From assembly GCA_964035545.1 (NCBI GenBank), contig CAXIUT010000230.1:1054001-1118000 (forward strand): a stretch of 64,000 nt of DNA, written 5' to 3'. Position numbers and translations under genes: made by a program. Positions 60,640 through 64,000 of the stretch are shown here, in pieces. Positions within the stretch are counted from its first letter, which is position 1. The number at the start of each line of letters is the position of its first letter. Origin of the DNA: Bugula neritina. Lineage: Eukaryota; Animalia; Bryozoa. The notes below the pieces were generated by a model, which searched no databases, had not been told where the DNA came from, and saw nothing but the letters and a program-made list of their open reading frames with translations.

Positions 60640-61630
60640 TAAAATACACTGCAACACATTAAAATATACTGCAACATACTGAAACATACTGCAACATACT
60701 GAAATACACTGTGACACACTGAAATACACTGCAACATACTGCAACATACTGCAACATACTGAATTACACTGGAACATGTTGATATACACTGCAACACATT
60801 GAAATATACTGCAACACACTGAACCATATGGCAACATACCGAAATTTACTGCGACACACTGCAAAATACCGCAACATACGAATTATACTTCAAGTGGTGC
60901 AACATACTGAAATACAATGTGACACACTGAAATACACTGCAACATACTGCAACATACTGCAACATACTAAAATACACTGCAACACATTAAAATATACTGC
61001 AACATACTGAAACATACTGCAACATACTGAAATACACTGTGACACACTGAAATACACTGCAACATACTGCAACATACTGCAACATACTGCAACATACTGA
61101 ATTACACTGGAACATATCGATATACACTGCAACACATTGAAATATACTGCAACACACTGAACCATATGGCAACATACCGAAATTTACTGCGACACACTGA
61201 AAAATACAGCAACATACAAATTATACTTCAAGTGGTGCAACATACTGAAATACAATGTGACACACTGAAATACACTGCAACATACTGCAACATACTGCAA
61301 CATACTAAAAAACACTGCAACACATTAAAATATACTGCAACATACTGAAACATACTGCAAGATACTGAAATACACTGTGACACACTGAAATACACTGCAA
61401 CATACTGCAACATACTGCAACATACTGCAACATACTGAATTACACTGGAACATATCGATATACACTGCAACACATTGAAATATACTGCAACACAATGAAC
61501 CATATGGCAACATACCGAAATTTACTGCGACACACTGAAAAATACTGCAACATACGAATTATACTTCAAGCGGTGCAACATACTGAAATACAATGTGACA
61601 CACTGAAATACACTGCAACATACTGCAACA
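60640..61630. repeat. Short higher-order tandem unit of ~338 bp (328-bp versions at about 4620-5270, 13310-13960, 18170-18820)
   Basis: The marker gaaccatatggcaacataccgaaattt recurs at 60828/61166/61504 (338 bp) and at 4810/5138, 13500/13828, 18363/18691 (328 bp). Confidence 0.85.
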
Positions 61631-64000
61631 TACTGCAACATACTGAAATATTGTGCGACACATTGAAATATACAGCAACGTATTGAAATATACTGTAACA
61701 TACTGCAACATACTAAAATACACTGCAACATACTGAAATACATTGCAACACATTAAAATATACTGCGACATACTGAAACATACTGCAACATGCTGAAATA
61801 TACTGCAACATACTGAAAGACACTATCACATATTGAAATATACTGCAACATACTGAATTACACTCTAACAAACTGAAATATGCTGTATCATACTGAAATA
61901 CACTGCAACACACTGAAGTATACTGTAATACACTGAAATGTAATGCAACATACTGAATTATACTGCAACATAGTGCAACATACTGAAATACACTACAACA
62001 TACTGCAACATACTGAAATACACTGGAACATATTGAAATACACTGCGACACATTGAAACATACTGCAACATACTGAAATATACTGCAAGATACTGCAACA
62101 TACTGAAACAGACTGTGACATACTGAAATACACTGCAACATACTGCAAGATACCGCAACCTACTGAAATACACTGTAACATATTGAAATACACTGCATCA
62201 TACTGCAACATACTGAATTACACTGGAACATATTGATAGACACTGCAACACACTGAAATATACTGCAACACACTGAAACATACGGCAATATACCAAAATA
62301 TACTGCGACACCTTGAAAAATACTGCAACATACGAAATATACTGCAAGTGGTGCAACATACTGAAATACAATGTGACACACTGGAATACACTGCAACATA
62401 CTGCAACATACTGCAACATACTGAAATACACTGTAACATATTGAATTACACTGCATCATACTGCAACATACTGAAAAACACTGGAACATATTGATATGCA
62501 CTGCAACTCATTGAAATATACTGCAACACACTGCAACATACGGCAGCATACCAAAATATAATGCGACACTTTGAAAAATACTGCAACATACTGAAATATA
62601 CTGCAAGTGGTGCAACATACTGAATTACACTCTAACATACTGAAATATGCTGTAGCATACTGAAATACACTGCAACACACTGAAGTATACTGTAATACAC
62701 TGAAATGTAATGCAACATACTGAATTATACTGCAACATAGTGCAACATACTGAAATACACTGTGACACACTGAAATACACTGAAACATAATGCAACATAC
62801 TGCAACATACTGAAATACACTGTAACATATCGAAATACACTGCAACATACTGCAACATACTGCAACATACTGAAATACACCGTAACATATCGAAATACAC
62901 TGCAACATACTGCAACACACTGAAATGCACCGGAACATAATGGAATACCCTGCAACAGATTGAAATATACTGCGACAGACTGAAACATAAGGTAACACAA
63001 TGAAGTATACTGCGACACATTAAAATATACTGCAACATACTGAAATATACTGCAACATACTGAAATGTAATGTAATATACAGAAACGTACTGTAACATAC
63101 TGAATTACACTCTAACATACTGAAACATGCTGTAGCATACTGAAATACACTGCAACACACTGAAGTATACTGTAATACACTGAAATGTGATGCAACATAC
63201 TGAATTATACTGCAACATAGTGCAACATACTGAAATACACTACAACAAACTGCAACATACTGAAATACACTGGAACATATTGAAATACACTGCGACACAT
63301 TGAAACATACTGCAACATACTGAAATACACTGGGACACATTGAAATATACTGTAACATACTGTAACATAATAAAATACACTGCAACACATTAAAAGATAC
63401 TGCAACATACTGAAACATACTGCAACATACTGCAACATACTGAAATACACCGTAACATATCGAAATACACTGCAACATACTGCAACATACTGAAATGCAC
63501 CGGAACATAATGGAATACCCTGCAACAGATTGAAATATACTGCAACAGACTGAAACATAAGGTAACACAATGAAGCATACTGCGACACATTAAAATATAC
63601 TGCAACATACTGAAATATACTGCAACATACTGAAATGTAATGTATTATACAGAAATGTACTGTAACATACTGAATTACACTCTAACATACTGAAACATGC
63701 TGTAGCATACTGAAATACACTGCAACACACTGAAGTATACTGTAATACACTGAAATGTGATGCAACATACTGAATTATACTGCAACATAGTGCAACATAC
63801 TGAAATACACTACAACAAACTGCAACATACTGAAATACACTGGAACATATTGAAATACACTGCGACACATTGAAACATACTGCAACATACTGAAATACAC
63901 TGGGACACATTGAAATATACTGTAACATACTGCAACATATTAAAATACACTGCAACACATTAAAATATACTGCAACATACTGAAACATACTGCAACATAC

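Larger units (their letters stand above)
32229..64000. repeat. Satellite DNA array, same 10-bp family, right block
   Basis: 10-bp periodicity resumes at tgcgacaccttgaaaaatac (32229) and continues to the window end. Confidence 0.99.

Noticed and set aside
230-63988. Hundreds of Cys/Val/Ser/Tyr/Gln-rich ORFs (up to 355 aa), mostly on the minus strand
   Set aside because: They are translations of the 10-bp repeat, open in all three minus frames at once because that strand rarely forms stop codons. They have no domain, no unique sequence and no gene structure.
1-64000. CRISPR array or telomeric repeat
   Set aside because: There is no constant repeat with unique spacers and no cas gene. The monomer is heterogeneous, arranged in higher-order units and lacks G-tract telomere character.

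Overview
Eukaryotic heterochromatin-type window with no supportable protein-coding gene. About 93% is one 10-bp-monomer satellite (main units ACTGCAACAT and ACTGAAATAC/ACTGAAATAT) in a single orientation. It is organised into nested higher-order repeats, with offsets of 328/338, 390, 3044, 3762, 4863, 10732, 13554 and 13776 bp read from recurring variants. Two copies of one non-autonomous DNA transposon with CAC...GTG termini interrupt the array. The intact 2577-bp copy (25976-28552) has 20-bp TIRs and a TA target-site duplication. The second copy (30469-32228) is inverted and truncated and lies 1.9 kb away. Each copy carries a tRNA-sized Pol III-type cassette (A box, B box, T8), which is the most diverged part between the copies. 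In copy 1 this cassette ends in an exact 12-bp match to the host satellite. The transposon pair also sits near the boundary between two satellite variant sets. All listed ORFs look like repeat artefacts. Higher-order repeat boundaries are approximate because they were read by eye.
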